Assembly (NCBI GenBank): GCA_040954595.2
Contig: JBECUI020000026.1
Span: forward strand, 403,969 to 467,968
Length of the DNA: 64,000 nucleotides
Direction: 5' to 3'
From: Balanoglossus misakiensis
Taxonomy: Eukaryota > Animalia > Hemichordata
The notes beneath the pieces were generated by a model. The model was not told where the DNA came from, did not search any database, and saw only the letters and a list, made by a program, of their open reading frames with translations. This document shows positions 13,701 to 26,500 of this stretch, one piece after another. A program made the position numbers and the translations under genes. The number at the start of each line of letters is the position of its first letter. Position 1 is the stretch's first letter.

Positions 13701-15475
13701 TCAAGGACCTGATCAGCACAAAGACTACACTTGCTTACTACGACCGTAAGAAGCCTGTCACTCTACAAGTCGACGCATCGGGAAAGGGAATCGGAGCGGT
13801 GCTCATACAGGAACAGAGACCTATAGCATTTGCGTCCAAGGCCCTGACACCAGCGGAAACCCGATACGCCAATATAGAAAGAGAACTACTCGCGGTAGTC
13901 TACGGATGTGAGAAGTTTCGCACATATCTCTACGGCAGAAGTTTCATAGTAGAGAGTGATCATCGACCGTTGGAGCAAATTCAGAGGAAGAATTTGACCA
14001 AGGCACCACCCCGATTACAGAGAATGCTGTTGCGCATACAGCCGTATGATTTCACCATACACTACAAGCCAGGCAAACAGATGATACTTGCCGATGCACT
14101 ATCTAGACTGTCACCACAAGATCAGAACGAAATCAGTGACATGAAAGTCCAGATACACCACCTGGTGAAGATCACACCAATGAGACAGATGGAGATCAAA
14201 GAAGAAACTACCAAAGATGAAATTCTTCAATTATTGATCCAGCAAGTCCTGAAAGGATGGCCAGATAGCATCAAGGACATTCACGCTGATATTCGACCCT
14301 ACTGGTCTATTCGAGACGATATCGCTATCGAAGATGGTATTATCCTGATAGGCAGCCGACTCCTCATACCAGCAGTAATGAGAGATGAAATGCTACAACG
14401 CATTCATAGCAGTCACCTGGGGATCGAGAAATGCAAGCTGAGAGCCAGATCCAGCGTGTACTGGCCTGGAATTTGTAAAGATATAGAGAGACTAGTAACA
14501 GGATGCAACGCGTGCCAGAAATTCCAGAATTCCCAGCAGAAGGAACCGATGATTCCAATGGAAATTCCACCACGACCGTGGCACACAATTGGAGCAGACC
14601 TATTCTACGTGAACCAAACATGGTACATGATAGTTGCTGACTACTACTCCAAGTTCCCCTTCATTAGGAAACTTGAAGACCTCAGAGCCAGTACCATTAT
14701 GAGAGCCCTCCGAATTCTATTTGCAGAGCAAGGAATACCCGAGAAACTAGTTTGTGACAACGGATCTCAGTTTACAGCTAGAGACTTCCACAGCCTAACT
14801 GAGAAGTATGGTTTTGCGATAGTCACATCATCACCATACTATCCCAAAGGGCACGGTTTTATCGAGCGACATGTACAGACCGTGAAGAACATCCTGATGA
14901 AGTGCAAAGAGTCCGGAGATGATCCGAATCTAGCATTGTTGGCACTTCGCGCGACTCCATTGAAGTCCAACATACCATCACCAGCTGAGTTGCTGAACAG
15001 CAGAGCATACAAGACAACTCTCCCAGCCAAAATTCACCCAGCAAGAAACGGGGAGGAAGTTCGTCAATACCTGACATCTCAACAGCAGGCCCAGACTTCC
15101 AGCCACGACCAGCACTCCAGACAACTACCAGAATTGCTGACAGGTCAACAAGTCCATGTATAAAACCCAATCAGCAAAACATGGAGTCCAGCGAGAGTTG
15201 TAGCCCCAGCAAACACACCTAGGTCCTACACCGTGAAGTTAGACAACGGGAAACAAATGCGACGCAACAGGATCCACCTGAAACCAGTCAGCGCAGAACT
15301 GAAACCAGCACAGACAGGGATGGATCAACACAATATTGCACCAGCAGTCACAGAGGGAACACCGCCTCAACAACCCGCAACGCCAGCGTCACCAGCCCAA
15401 GAATCGTTGAGATCAACCTGAACCAGAACAAATATACAAAAGCCGTCTCGATACAAAGATTATGTGACTGATTGA
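10719..15475 (+). pseudogene. gag-pol pseudogene, copy A
   Basis: Gag knuckle CRNCGKPNHWQAVC, protease DTGA, RT IADD, RNase H DAS/E/SDH, integrase HHCC and DDE. Broken by a 5-bp deletion near 11495, the MITE at 12456, and stops at 15161 and 15419. Confidence 0.95.
12456..13064. mobile_element. Kolobok-like MITE (609 bp) inserted in the Gypsy RT region
   Basis: Termini AGGGGAAATCC / GGATTTCCCCT with ~200-bp TIRs. TTAA duplication at 12452-12455 and 13065-13068. Copy B has the empty site agccaTTAAaagggatc at ~37396. Confidence 0.9.
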
Positions 15476-15694
15476 TAGCTTTTTCTGATATTGAGATACG
15501 CCATTTGTTCCACAGAAAGTTGAGTTATACAGAGGAAAATTTATCACATTTTTCCCAGAGTATTTTTCATGTTCGTTGCGTTTGATTTTGACAAAGACTG
15601 ATTCAAGATGAATGCAGAGTTTGCACAGGACAATTCACAGTGACATTCGTATTCAAAAAAAGTTTTGAAACAATTTATCTTAAAGAAGAGGGGA

Positions 15695-15898
15695 TGTAGT
15701 ATTCTGACAGCTACGATCAATATAGCGCCCTCTAGTGTTGCATTGTTGGTGTTCCACTTGTTTATGAATTGCTGTGCGACGTCACTTCCGCCCAGATAAG
15801 GCGAAGCACATTGTTGAGTCTTTTCAGCCGATCAATAAATAGGTTGTTGTTATACCTTATGATCGCATTATTATTCCCATGTTGATGGAAACATAACA
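15695..15898 (+). repeat. 3' LTR, copy A
   Basis: Preceded by the PPT; one substitution relative to the 5' LTR (gctgtgcgac vs gctgtacgac). Confidence 0.97.
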
Positions 15899-17320
15899 GG
15901 GGGGACACCAACATCGTAGTCAGTGAGGTCATCTATGGTGGTGGGCGCGTCTTCCACTCGGCACTCCTCCGCGCACGCTTGGGGGATAAAAAATGCATCA
16001 AAAACCCCTGGCGCGTCCTCGCTCCCCCTGCGTCGATGGATTCTGTGCGACTGCTTCCGCCCCCGTCCTCTCTGGTTGCTGTGTCCGGATTGATGATGTT
16101 TTCCGGTGAGGTCGGATTTCCCGGAATTCTTCCTGTCGTGATTGGGATACCCACCTCAGCAGTATGCTAAGGACACGCCAGTGGATGAGAATCGCTGGTG
16201 TGGTGGGGGAGCTCAGTCGGAACCTGTTCGGCACCTCCCACCCCTGGAAGACGCACAGGCGCTTCATCATCACCATGGACTCCGGTGAACAAAAGGATTC
16301 CGTAGGGATCCGTCCAGGTCCGCCCCTGCGGATATAGAAGTCTAGCAGGTCGGGTATTTCATTTCCTGGACCACACAGCCAGTATAGGTGAGTTTCTCTA
16401 ACGCCTCCACCGCGTCCCGCTCGCGGAATACTACCGGCTTCTCAGTAAAAATAACTGGAAGGTGGCACTGAAAGGCGTGTTTCTTCAGTTTGCGCGTGGA
16501 CCTCCGGCCTCCCGGGAACGGACATGGAGAAGGGCCTGATGAGTAATGTGGAACAGAGGATAGGGGGCTCCTTCGGGCCGGCCTGGCGCTCCTCCAGCGG
16601 CGTTCGTCTTCTTTGGGCGGTTCCGGCGTCGGATACCGGATCGGTGATCGACGTCTGGGGCTGAGATCTCCCCAGCGTGAAAAGGATGGTCGTTCACGGG
16701 AAGGTGGGCGGTCCCGCCTTTCCTCTCGAGAACGCTCCGGTCGCGGCGACCGGGTTGGGGATCTGGACCTAGTAGGGCTGCCGGGGTGGCGTCGAAGTTC
16801 CCAGGGGATTAGATATTCCCCCGCCTCCAACGTCGCCTCCACCTCCAATGGGTTGATCAGTGACTGCAGCGGCAGCATTTCTTGGCGTGGGGGTGATGGC
16901 TCCTACAGCAGCCGTTGGTTTCCCCCGTCTCTCGCTACTGCTATTGGGGGTGATACACGGGTGCGGGGTGGGTCTGGCCCTTCCGACACCTCCATCGCCT
17001 GGTCCTTGTCGCCACCGAGTACCTGTTTTTCCAGCTGCGGATCCCGGAAGATGCTCAAAGTTTCCTCCAGGTCGTCAGCTGCGGTGGTGGTTCTTGTGGG
17101 CTCTTGCGGGGAGATATGGCCAACGAATCCCCCACGTACGCGGCCTGGATTGAACTCCCGAGGTAGTGTGCAGGTTTTTATGGCTGCGTCGGATGGTACG
17201 GGCAGGTTGGCTTCGGTCTTTTCCTTCCCGTATACATGCATGGCCTCCTCCCGTACCGTGGACATCCATCCTATGTCGCCTAGAACCGTGGCTACTTGAC
17301 AGTTCTCACGGAGCATCAGG
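15899..17320 (-). pseudogene. GC-rich truncated ORF fragment: Arg/Pro/Ser-rich linker, degenerate C2H2-like motif, PAILIHWR motif and possible degenerate TatD N-terminal motif (copy B 40229-41650)
   Basis: Sharp GC rise. CPFPGGRRSTRKLKKHAFQCHLP, then after a frameshift MKRLCVFQGWEVPNRFRLSSPTTPAILIHWRVL, then VFDAFF near 15990-16005. Family assignment is from memory only. Confidence 0.5.
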
Positions 17321-17340
17321 AACAGTATTTTATGTCTCAC

Positions 17341-17547
17341 CTCCACTTCAGTTGTCGCTGTTGTATTTAATGTGGACGATGTTTTATATCTGTTGATAAC
17401 CAATGGGCCTAGTTTAACTGTGGCACCTACATCCAGTGGCAGCGCTGTTTTCTCACCCCAAAGGTTGACTTCAGCATCTCTTGTGCCATCAGTTATGGTC
17501 AGTTTACGTCTCTTTGTAGAATTCGATGTATGTGTCACTGATTCATA
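17341..17547 (-). CDS. Exon encoding an OB-fold-like domain (second coding exon; copy B 41671-41877)
   Basis: ccactacag acceptor and GAG|gtgaga donor, 207 nt, phase 0/0. KRRKLTITDGTRDAEVNLWGEK...VGATVKL is the ITD-x-T-x(4-5)-LW pattern of RPA-type OB folds. Confidence 0.7.
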
Positions 17548-17964
17548 CTGTAGTGGAAATAAAATGGAAAACATTGAATGTTAATAATTACGAGTAGTAA
17601 ATGTTGTGGAGAAATAGTGCAAGAGTGGTTGTTTTTTGTCAGTTGCTTTTTAAAATTTGAACTGCAAAATGATGAATCGATGGCAGTAATTTTGACCCGA
17701 GGTGAGTTGACAAGGCATGGTTGTATCATATAAATGGATTTTCAATGTACGTGATCGCATGGAGGCTGCCATATTGGATTACATCCGAAGACCTTCCCAT
17801 TGGGCTTCGGTTGAATTCGGGAAAGGTCTCTAAAATGTAATGGGTCATTCAATTTTGTAGAGTAAATTTCTAAAAATGTAGAAGATGGGAGGTTAAGATA
17901 CCCAAAATGACTACGGCAAAAAAAAAGTCAGGCCCATAAGTTACGGGGTGCGATTATAACGTAC

Positions 17965-18234
17965 CTTTGCTCTATCATAGAGGCAAATGGTATTATCTCT
18001 TCCAGTGGAAAAGTTGCGGAGCTGTACGTATTCTCCCTTCTGTAATCTGTTCAGCCACTTCGGATTTTCTTTCCAGAATTTAAGTTCCAGAACGTTGCCA
18101 TCCTGCTGCATACAAGGCACGCTAAACAGTTTCCCGTTGGCGGAATTCCGGATCTCGACATCCTCCATGAGGCGCAATTTCAGTGCCACGCCTTGGCTGG
18201 TTGGGGATGAGGGACCGGGAGCCGGGGATGCCAT
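17965..18234 (-). CDS. First coding exon of the OB-fold-like gene (90 codons)
   Basis: ttttcag acceptor at 18248, ATG at 18234, AAG|gtacgt donor at 17964. LELKFWKENPKWLNRLQKGEYVQLRNF resembles the OB-fold FW...L..G..Y...NF pattern. An upstream UTR exon donor AAG|gtagg lies at 18519. Confidence 0.7.
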
Positions 18235-19005
18235 AACGCCGTTAAACCTGAAAAATAGATTGAGAGTGGATATTGTTTTACACAATTTTTGAACATTGAA
18301 GTAAAGTATTAGAATGATGGAGTCCGATAAAAAAGTGAGTTGGTGATTGCGGCATCCGACTTCGTTATTAAAAATGGAAAGATTTGCGATTTGAGATTCG
18401 GTTACCATTTGCAAGTTTGAAAGGAAATATTTCATTGAAGCACAGTGGCAACTACTGGGTTATGGAGAATTTTTGAAATGTTGATGAACGGAGACTTATT
18501 AGAATCAATGAAAACCTACCTTTAACGGTGTTACGGTTACTAAACGTGAGAGACCGCTTGTCTCGTTCATCCGATTCTGAGCTCCTAGCTCTTGTGGAGA
18601 CATGCGGAGGTACAGCGGGTTAACGGTTAGAAAGTGTTGATGAAAGAAATAAGTTTATAGGCCAATCAGGAGTTAGATTCGAATGTCCGAAAATGAGCTC
18701 GAGAAACCGTAGGCGAACGCAACAGACAGCAATTTAAATTTGCATAACTAGAGGTTTGGGTGGAAAGATTTCAGAATTTAACGCACATATACAGATATTT
18801 TGAGTATATTATAAATAGTACATGTAATAAGACTGTGAATTGATTTTATTTACTGACAATTAAATGAAGTTACCCTTTGAGTATGGGTGTTTATCGAGGG
18901 GGGGGGGGGTCCAAACAAATGTTAGAAACTGTTGAAGATGAAACCGGAAAGATGTAGCAAATTCGTTAGTTTTCCCTTTTTTGGAAATTATGCTCGAAGC
19001 GTGTG

Positions 19006-19098
19006 ATTGGTCAATTAGTCAGAAGGGGATTGGTTGGAAATAGTCGAATATGATTGGGCAATAAGTTCGAAGCTGAAATCCCTCAGGCTGTATAAATA
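19006..19098 (+). promoter_or_regulatory. Three inverted CCAAT boxes followed by a TATA box
   Basis: ATTGG at 19006, 19029 and 19053 (23-24 bp spacing); TATAAATA at 19091. Confidence 0.5.
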
Positions 19099-19291
19099 CG
19101 GTGTTTGTGGCGTGTACTAATGGAGTATGGCTGGGGTGTGTTGTGTCGAGCAGTCTAGTATATCATTTGTGGGGCATTGAATATTTAGAACAAAGTTCTC
19201 TATGTCGGACTTCCTAACATATACTCGATCGTTGATAACAAAACGAGCAGATATTTTTGTGCAAATAGTGTGCGCAAAACAACAACTAAAC

Positions 19292-19399
19292 ATGAAGACA
19301 ACAAGATAGTACTGCGTGCGGTGCGACTCGGTTGTAAGCGTCAAGTCAAAAACTGCAAAGACATGCAACAGGTGTAAATATAGTCGACTGAAATGCTGA
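19292..19399 (+). pseudogene. Decayed small zinc-ribbon ORF
   Basis: Hand translation gives MKTTR*YCVRCDSVVSVKSKTAKTCNRCKYSRLKC*, i.e. CxxC-x13-CxxC with an early stop. Confidence 0.4.
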
Positions 19400-20210
19400 A
19401 AAACCATGAATATCGATTGGCTCAAAGTGATGGGAATCGGCTCAACTTACCGGAGGGAATTGGTACATTATATAACGAGTAAACTAGAACGAAAGAAATC
19501 CCAGCGTGAACACTGGAAATTGTTCATAAATTAATATTTATACATGTATGTGTATATTGCGTAACCTTCGAAAATTCGAATATCATTAGCACTTGGCCTA
19601 AAAAGTTGTGCATTGCGAGTGGGACACTGGGCAATTATTTTTATGGGCCGCCATCGCTATGCAGTTTAGATGTAGTATTTTACTCAACTTTTACCGGCAA
19701 GTGAGTGATTTGCTTTCAGAAGGTAATGAGACGGAAATAAACTTATGCAATCAGAGTTAATTATTCGTGAGAATACAAACTTTTGTACTAGATTTATTGT
19801 AATTTTTCAGTGTATACTCCTGGCCTTCGCAGGACTTTCATTTTTTACCCGGTTTGTGTGTTTTCGGGTTACCCATGGGCACTCTCTACCTGTTTTAAAA
19901 CTCTGAACAAGTCGATGTCACGTGTATCATTTTATGTACGACGTACATCATTATAATAATGCTATAGTGAAGTTTTTAAAAAGGAAATATTTTTTTAGTG
20001 TTATTCTCTTCGTTTTTTTTATGACTGAAATATGCTTGTGCTTGATGGAAAAACCGGATTCAACCTTAGCTTAATATATGCATTATCGTTCGCAACTGAC
20101 GTCATATAATGTAGCAATTTCCCTCCGGTTAAATTGAACCAATCGGCATTCCCGTTTTTCCACCATTTCACTCGAATATCTAACTCCAGGATCCTGATTG
20201 GCCTATTAAC

Positions 20211-23200
20211 CCAAAGGACTAGATTGCACTGTAATATTATTACAGCTTCATTTCAATGCAACAGGTACACTACATCATATTGGAGCAAATATGCCAGCTC
20301 AACATTGATATAAAGAGTGTCAAAATATTGGTGGCTACAAAAGCTTGTGTCCCTTCAATCCATCCTCGCACTCAGGTGAAAACGAACGTCATTAGTTTTT
20401 GGGAAAAAACCTCTGAAATCAATTTCGGTGAGGCCAAATGTGTTCCAAAGGCAAACCGTTTCTGGTAAACAAATCAATGGCAAATAATTACTTCGGCGAC
20501 ATACCAATCAGTCAACATGGCTGCCTAATCGTTGGATAGCCCGGTTTCATCTCGCGATCATTCTGTCTTCCGATATGGCGTTGCATGGTTAAATTCGTCT
20601 CTTCTTTGCCGACATAGTCAGGCGACAGCGGTCGAGAAGCATAGGCAGCGACGCCATCTTGTTTACAATGTGAAGTATCGACTGCGCATGCTCAATAATT
20701 TTCCGCGTTTTTTTTTTGCCAACGGCGCGCGCGCGGTGTCTGGTATAGAGAAAATAACATGCAAGTGCGCGATTATTCATTTGTAAAAAATCAGTTATAT
20801 ATTTGTCATCAACGTTTGAAAACTTTCAATGATCTTACCTCGGTAAGCATTTCAAATAGGTACATTTTTATTTAGAACCATCGTATGTGGAAAATAATAA
20901 AACACAGAGTGGGGATTGGCCCTATGTTTGACTTGATCATACCCAGCTCGGTTTGCGTTTTGTCATTGACGAGGGTGTCAGACTTTTGCTGAGAGAGTGA
21001 GTTTCTATAGCGTAAACGTTTATCGACTGGACTTTCTGTGCGCCAACAATTACATTATTTTTGGCCGGGGAACACGTGCAACTTTTGATGACTGTTTTTC
21101 TAGCGCCGTGTTTTTATCTTACGACCTAGAATACCTGCTTTCGTCACCATGGTCTGCTCTGCACGTACTATGCTTTCCAGTTTATGTAGCTTGAAGTTGT
21201 ACCACATTTTGGTTTCCGAGCTGTAGCGAACATAAAACCGAAACTAATAGCTACGTGTTGACCGCAGCGACTGCGTGTTTTTTTGTTGTATTCCCAACCT
21301 ACAGTTTATTCTCATGCAGCTCAGACTGAGGTCGCTTCTAAGAGAAAAAACAACAACATATTTTGGCTGCTGCCAGACCAGGAATGGAAAATCTTGAGTG
21401 GCGCTGGGCTGCATTTCTCTGTAGGACTGTAGTTGTATTGTGCAAGGGTTCGCCAGCATCGCCTTCAGACTTGTTGTCATAGTCACTGGTGGCGGTTTGT
21501 CCTGCACTACTCGTCGTTCTATTTGATGTGGTGGTATTATTCCCAGATGTCTGTGCCGAGGATCCTGCCCGTTTTCCGATTCTCTTCGTTTTGTCGGCCA
21601 TTTGCTTCACTTTTTCTGTCATTGTTGCGACGTCAGTCTCTGTTGTTGTTCGAAGGAGGCGAAAGTCCATTCACCATTAATAGCCGAATTTCCAAGATCG
21701 TCCGTTAATTACAATGCGACGTCACGCTACCATGTCCTAAGAAAGACTACAGGGCACATTTTTTATCTCGTGCGCACGACTTACGTGTGCATGTGATATT
21801 TTCTCGTGAACACGAGTGCGCTCGCAATTTTCTAAATAAAAGGAACAATATTAATTTATTGTTGGGGCTCACCTCCGTTAACATCTTGCCGTCTCTGCTG
21901 AGTTTTGGCCTCTTCCAGCGGCACGTGTTTGTCCTTTAGGGCATGCTGTAAAATATTTAGAATAGCGCTGCCATTTGATCAAAGGATAAGCTGGCTTCGC
22001 GTGTTAGGGATGTGTGGCTGACGACTATGCCTCGAAGCAAAAGACACAGCCGACCCTGCCACGCATATTCATTTGTTGTGTCACACATTTTCGATCCAAG
22101 AAGAGAATATCAACCTTGACGTTGCGAAAATGACAAGAAACTTTCACTCATATAGGTTGTGTGATTACTTACCCGCAACTTGTTGGGAATTGCTGTCACC
22201 AGAGGTGCCCACAGCGTGAAAGCCAGAATGACTGCGACGCCTGCATTGGAGTTCGTCATGAATGGAAACATCGATGAACACGTTCGGTCTTCGATGAGGC
22301 TAGTGTCCACAGAATAGGCATTCTTTTATAACGCAGCTGGGAGGTGGTAAATCCATTGTGATCACCATGCTATTAGTAGCCCAAGCAGTCAAAATTTGCG
22401 AAAAATATATAAATATGGAAAAAATATATCAATGGGATCAATAGTTATTAAGCACTTTTTAAAAACAAATGACACCGTAAGATCAATTATCTTGTTTTCC
22501 GCGACAAGTTTCAACATGGTATGTCAGCGCTACCAGTGAATAATATTATTAGAAACTATGACAGCTGTAACCGTGCGATTAATGATTTCATCAATTTTAA
22601 TCATATACTTGTGAATATTTGCGCGGGTGCTGGTTTAATAAAGTGTGTTGATATATAGGTGGAAGACTGTTTAGTTTTCCAGTCAATTATGTGATGTATT
22701 ACGCCTGACGCTTAAATGATTTGGTCTAGGGAGAATAACCGCGTTTGGCCGGTCAAGCGAACCCTGGATCTTGCAGGCTCTGCCCACTTTCCAATCAACA
22801 ACCATTGAGCATGCGCAGTTGATACTTCACATTGTAAACAAGATGGCGTCGCTGTATATGCTTCTGGACCGCTGTCGCCCGACTATGTCGGCAAAGAAGA
22901 GGCGAATTTAACCAAGCAACGCCATATCGGAAGATAGAATGATCGCGAGATGAAACCGGGATATCCAACGATTTGGCAGCCATGTTGATTGATTGGTAAG
23001 TCGCCGAAGTAACTATTTGCCATTGATTTGTTTACCAGAAACGGTTTGCCTTTGGAACACATTTGACCTCACCGAAATTGATTTCAGAGTTTTTTCCCAA
23101 GAACTAATGACGTTCGTTTTCACCTTTCTGTCCCGAAGTTGCAAACGTGTTGTCTCTGAGAAAATAAATGTGATTTGTACCCGCGATAATCATAGTTCGG

Positions 23201-23502
23201 ATTTCAACCCACAACATCAACGCCAGCCATTCACCAACATGTGCCAGATAATGTTTATCAGTCATATTTTCTCAGTCTGAATTTACAAAAGACTAATTGT
23301 ATATTATGCACATTGCAATTTTAATATGTAACACGTTTGACCTGAGTGGGAGAATGGATTGAAGGGACACAAGCTTTTGTAGCCACTTATATTTTGACAC
23401 TGTTTATATAAATGTTGAGCTGGCATATTTGTTCCCTTATGATGTAGTGTACCTGTTGCATTGAAATGAAGCTGTAATATTAAAGTGCAATTTAGTCCTT
23501 TG
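20211..23502. mobile_element. ~3.3 kb element with ~490-bp TIRs (Crypton-like)
   Basis: 20211-20696 is the reverse complement of 22803-23125 plus 23340-23502. The right TIR is interrupted by a ~215-bp insert. No clear TSD. Confidence 0.85.
20990..21680 (-). pseudogene. Decayed Crypton/DUF3504-type tyrosine recombinase
   Basis: Frameshifted minus-strand translation: ...NPC...SYREMQP...DFPF...WY...MVTKAGILGRKI/KHGARKTVIK...IM*LLAHR/KVQSINVY, giving the HxxR, H and Y catalytic spacing. Confidence 0.6.
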
Positions 23503-26500
23503 GTTTACTGGGAAAATGAGGTCTATAAATGACAGGTTTATTTAGATATATGATATATTTCTCACAAGCACTTATGCATATGTATGAGATACTTATTTAT
23601 TTTTAATTTATGTATTTATTTTTAATTTATTTTGTATGTTCAGGTAATCATATGGATTTGTATGGAATCACATACACATTAATTAAAGACTATCATATCA
23701 CAGAAGTCGAGCCTCAACATGTGTAAGGTAACCATTTAGGTTTCATGACTAAGTTTGTTTAAGAATTCATAAAGCACGAATTCTACCTAATGAATGAATT
23801 TTCTTAGAATTTCACAACTGTGACAGGGTTTGCAGTTATACGAAAAAGTGTTATTATTCACATACGAAACTTTTAGTATACATTTTTCTGATAGCAATGC
23901 ATTTAACTTTGAACAAATATTGACGTCAGTTAGTAGTGCTATTTTGTCAGTGAAATTGCTTCATCATCATCCCTCCAACCAAAGTTGAAACTGAGTTGCA
24001 AATATTGCACAGCTTGAAATCATAAAATGTTGCAAAATTGAACCAACCATTCGGTCAACGATTATGTTCTTACAGCTATTATTAGAAGCAGACAGTCTCA
24101 GGGAACAAGATACATGGGCCTGATTTGCAAACTGAGTTGGAACTAACCTTGCCTGCCCATGGATGCGCCAATTCAGTGAATCTTATCGTATTAAAAATGA
24201 ATATGGAGAACTATTCTCTGTGTTGTGATTGTTAGCCTACATGTATACATATGTACCTTGAGTGATTCCACTTTCTTCAGTGTCCTGTGAATTCAGTTGC
24301 CATAACTTGCGCTTCACACAGCGCATACATGTAGGTCTAATCAATTGGGCAACTGGGTCTTACAATATTATCTGATGCCTCTTACTGGCCGAAGGACCAC
24401 AAGTTGCATTTTCATATCGCATATAAATAGAAAACCCATTAATTTCTACTGTATGATTTTATTGACGATTCAATAGTTTCATGACTGTTAGTGTTAATTA
24501 CAATACCTAAATTCCCAAATGAAAACATGCTGTCAGTTTTCATGTGATTGATATTAATTTTACAATTTCAAAATATGCTTAGCTCTGAATGATTATGAAC
24601 ATATCAAACTTCATGTTAAATAAACTGTCTTGATATTGTATACATTAAGGCCTACTACCAGTGTCACAACATTGATTTCCTGCATTTTTGCTCATGCCTT
24701 CTGACCAGTCAGTTGCCTCTGTATGTGTGTATGTAGTATGTATGGATGTATGTATGTCTGTCCACATCAAAAACTTGAAAACCCCTTCGCGTATCCCCTT
24801 GATATTTGGTGTGTAGATGTAGGCCAGCCTGTAAATAGGATTTTGTTCATATTAAGAAGGTTGAAGTATTTTCATGATTGGTTTTATTTGATTACTCCAG
24901 AAACATACAATACAGAGTCTGTGTGGTAAGTCTTGATATTGGGTTTTTAGATGCAGGCACGCCTGTTCAAATGAAATATGCTAATTACCTGGAGCAATGT
25001 GAAATTGATCAAAACTCAGAAACTCAACAACTGGTCAGATTGCTTTGAACATTTGTATGCATGTAGCTTATGTCACGCCTGATATACTTTCAGCTAATAT
25101 CGTGAATTGTATCTAGAATTTAGTAAGCTATTTCCTATAGGTAATCTTTGTTAGTATTGTTTAAATTGTGGCAAAATTTGTAATTTTTGGGAAATGTAAT
25201 TTTGTCATTTTTGGTCAAAAATCATTTTCTCTGAAACTCCATGTCAGGTCAGGTTGCATTTAAATTTTGGTTTGCTTGTTCCATGAGGTAACCCAAGTAA
25301 TGTTGTATATCATTTTGGTGAAATTTGCATATTTGTGGTCTTGAGGCAATTTTTGCAATTTGTATTCTTTGAAACCGCATGTCAAATTGCTTTCAATTTT
25401 GGTAGGCATGTTCCTTGTGGTGATTGAAGTGAGATATTGTTGGATTTGTTGATATCTGAATTTTTGTGGTTGAGGCAGTTTTTGTCATTGTTGAAGAAAT
25501 GTTGTTTTCACTGAAAATACTCCGATTCCTGTGAAATTGTATTAGGTTACCTGGTAGGTCATATCTGCTTGGCAATGTCACAGCGGTGTACACACCTATT
25601 TTTGTGTAATCCAAAGTGTGTAATAACCTAGCAAATATTTACTAGTAAATCATGTATGTTCTACTTCTTACAAGGTTGAAGTATGTTGATGTCTGGGTTA
25701 AATGGGATTCTTCAGAAACATACAATACAGAGTCTGTGGTACAGTTCATGGTCACATTCAGAATTACCTAGTCTATATCCAGCCGTGTTCTGTCCGCTTT
25801 GCTTCCAAAAGTATCGTCTAGTGTCATGCATGCCACTTGCCCAATAATCGGACACCCCTTGCTGGGAAATTTGATGTAACAAGTGTCCCTTAGTGAAATT
25901 ATTAACATAAACTGAACAATGTTGATTTGGCGTAAGATTATAGTGAAGGCAGGGCTTATTACATTGAAAATGCTATCCAGCCTTAATTACACATTATGAA
26001 TATCCTTTGTCCAATCATTGGAAAAACAATGTACCGTAGACTTGCATAGCACTTTGAAGGTGAATCGCAAGTGGTCACTTTAATTACATTACCTCAAGCA
26101 GTCTTTTACATGTAGCTATAATAAGACAAACATTCCCGGTGTAATTAACATCACTGTTGTTATTAGTATCTATCTCCGATAAGTATCAAGTCTGCCTTAT
26201 GTTATTTTAAGTCAATTGTCAGGTTCATGTACATATTTTACAACTTATCTATCTTGTCAAAAACTTTCGCATGTACCTAATTCTAGGCTTACCAGTAGGG
26301 TTATAGATACAGTGTATTATATTAACATGCATTAATATGAAACTAAATGTTGATGGTTAATTAAAGACCCCCTTGAGCTATGGTAACCTCATTAAATATG
26401 TGCATATCTTATTCTAGAGGATGTGGTAACCTGGACATGGACAACTCTGGGGTCAAAATCTTTTGACAAACTTTTGGGTGATCTTGGGTAAACTTTGACC

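Larger units (their letters stand above)
10405..15898 (+). mobile_element. Ty3/Gypsy LTR retrotransposon (Mag-like), copy A, defective
   Basis: 204-bp LTRs TG...CA at 10405-10608 and 15695-15898 with one mismatch. PBS at 10609 and PPT aaagaagagggga at 15682-15694. Domain order gag-PR-RT-RH-IN. Inserted in a poly-G tract. Confidence 0.98.
1..17795 (+). repeat. Segmental duplication, copy A (begins before the window)
   Basis: Position 1 (ttagatgcaggcacgcc) recurs at 24947. Identical ORFs at 447..668 and 25393..25614 give an offset of 24946. Collinear with only scattered SNPs/indels to ~17.8 kb. Confidence 0.97.

Noticed and set aside
10861-15170. Antisense ORFs within the Gypsy element
   Set aside because: Shadow frames of gag-pol with no motifs.
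15899-17320. Part of the adjacent Gypsy element (env-like ORF)
   Set aside because: It lies outside the 3' LTR and on the opposite strand.
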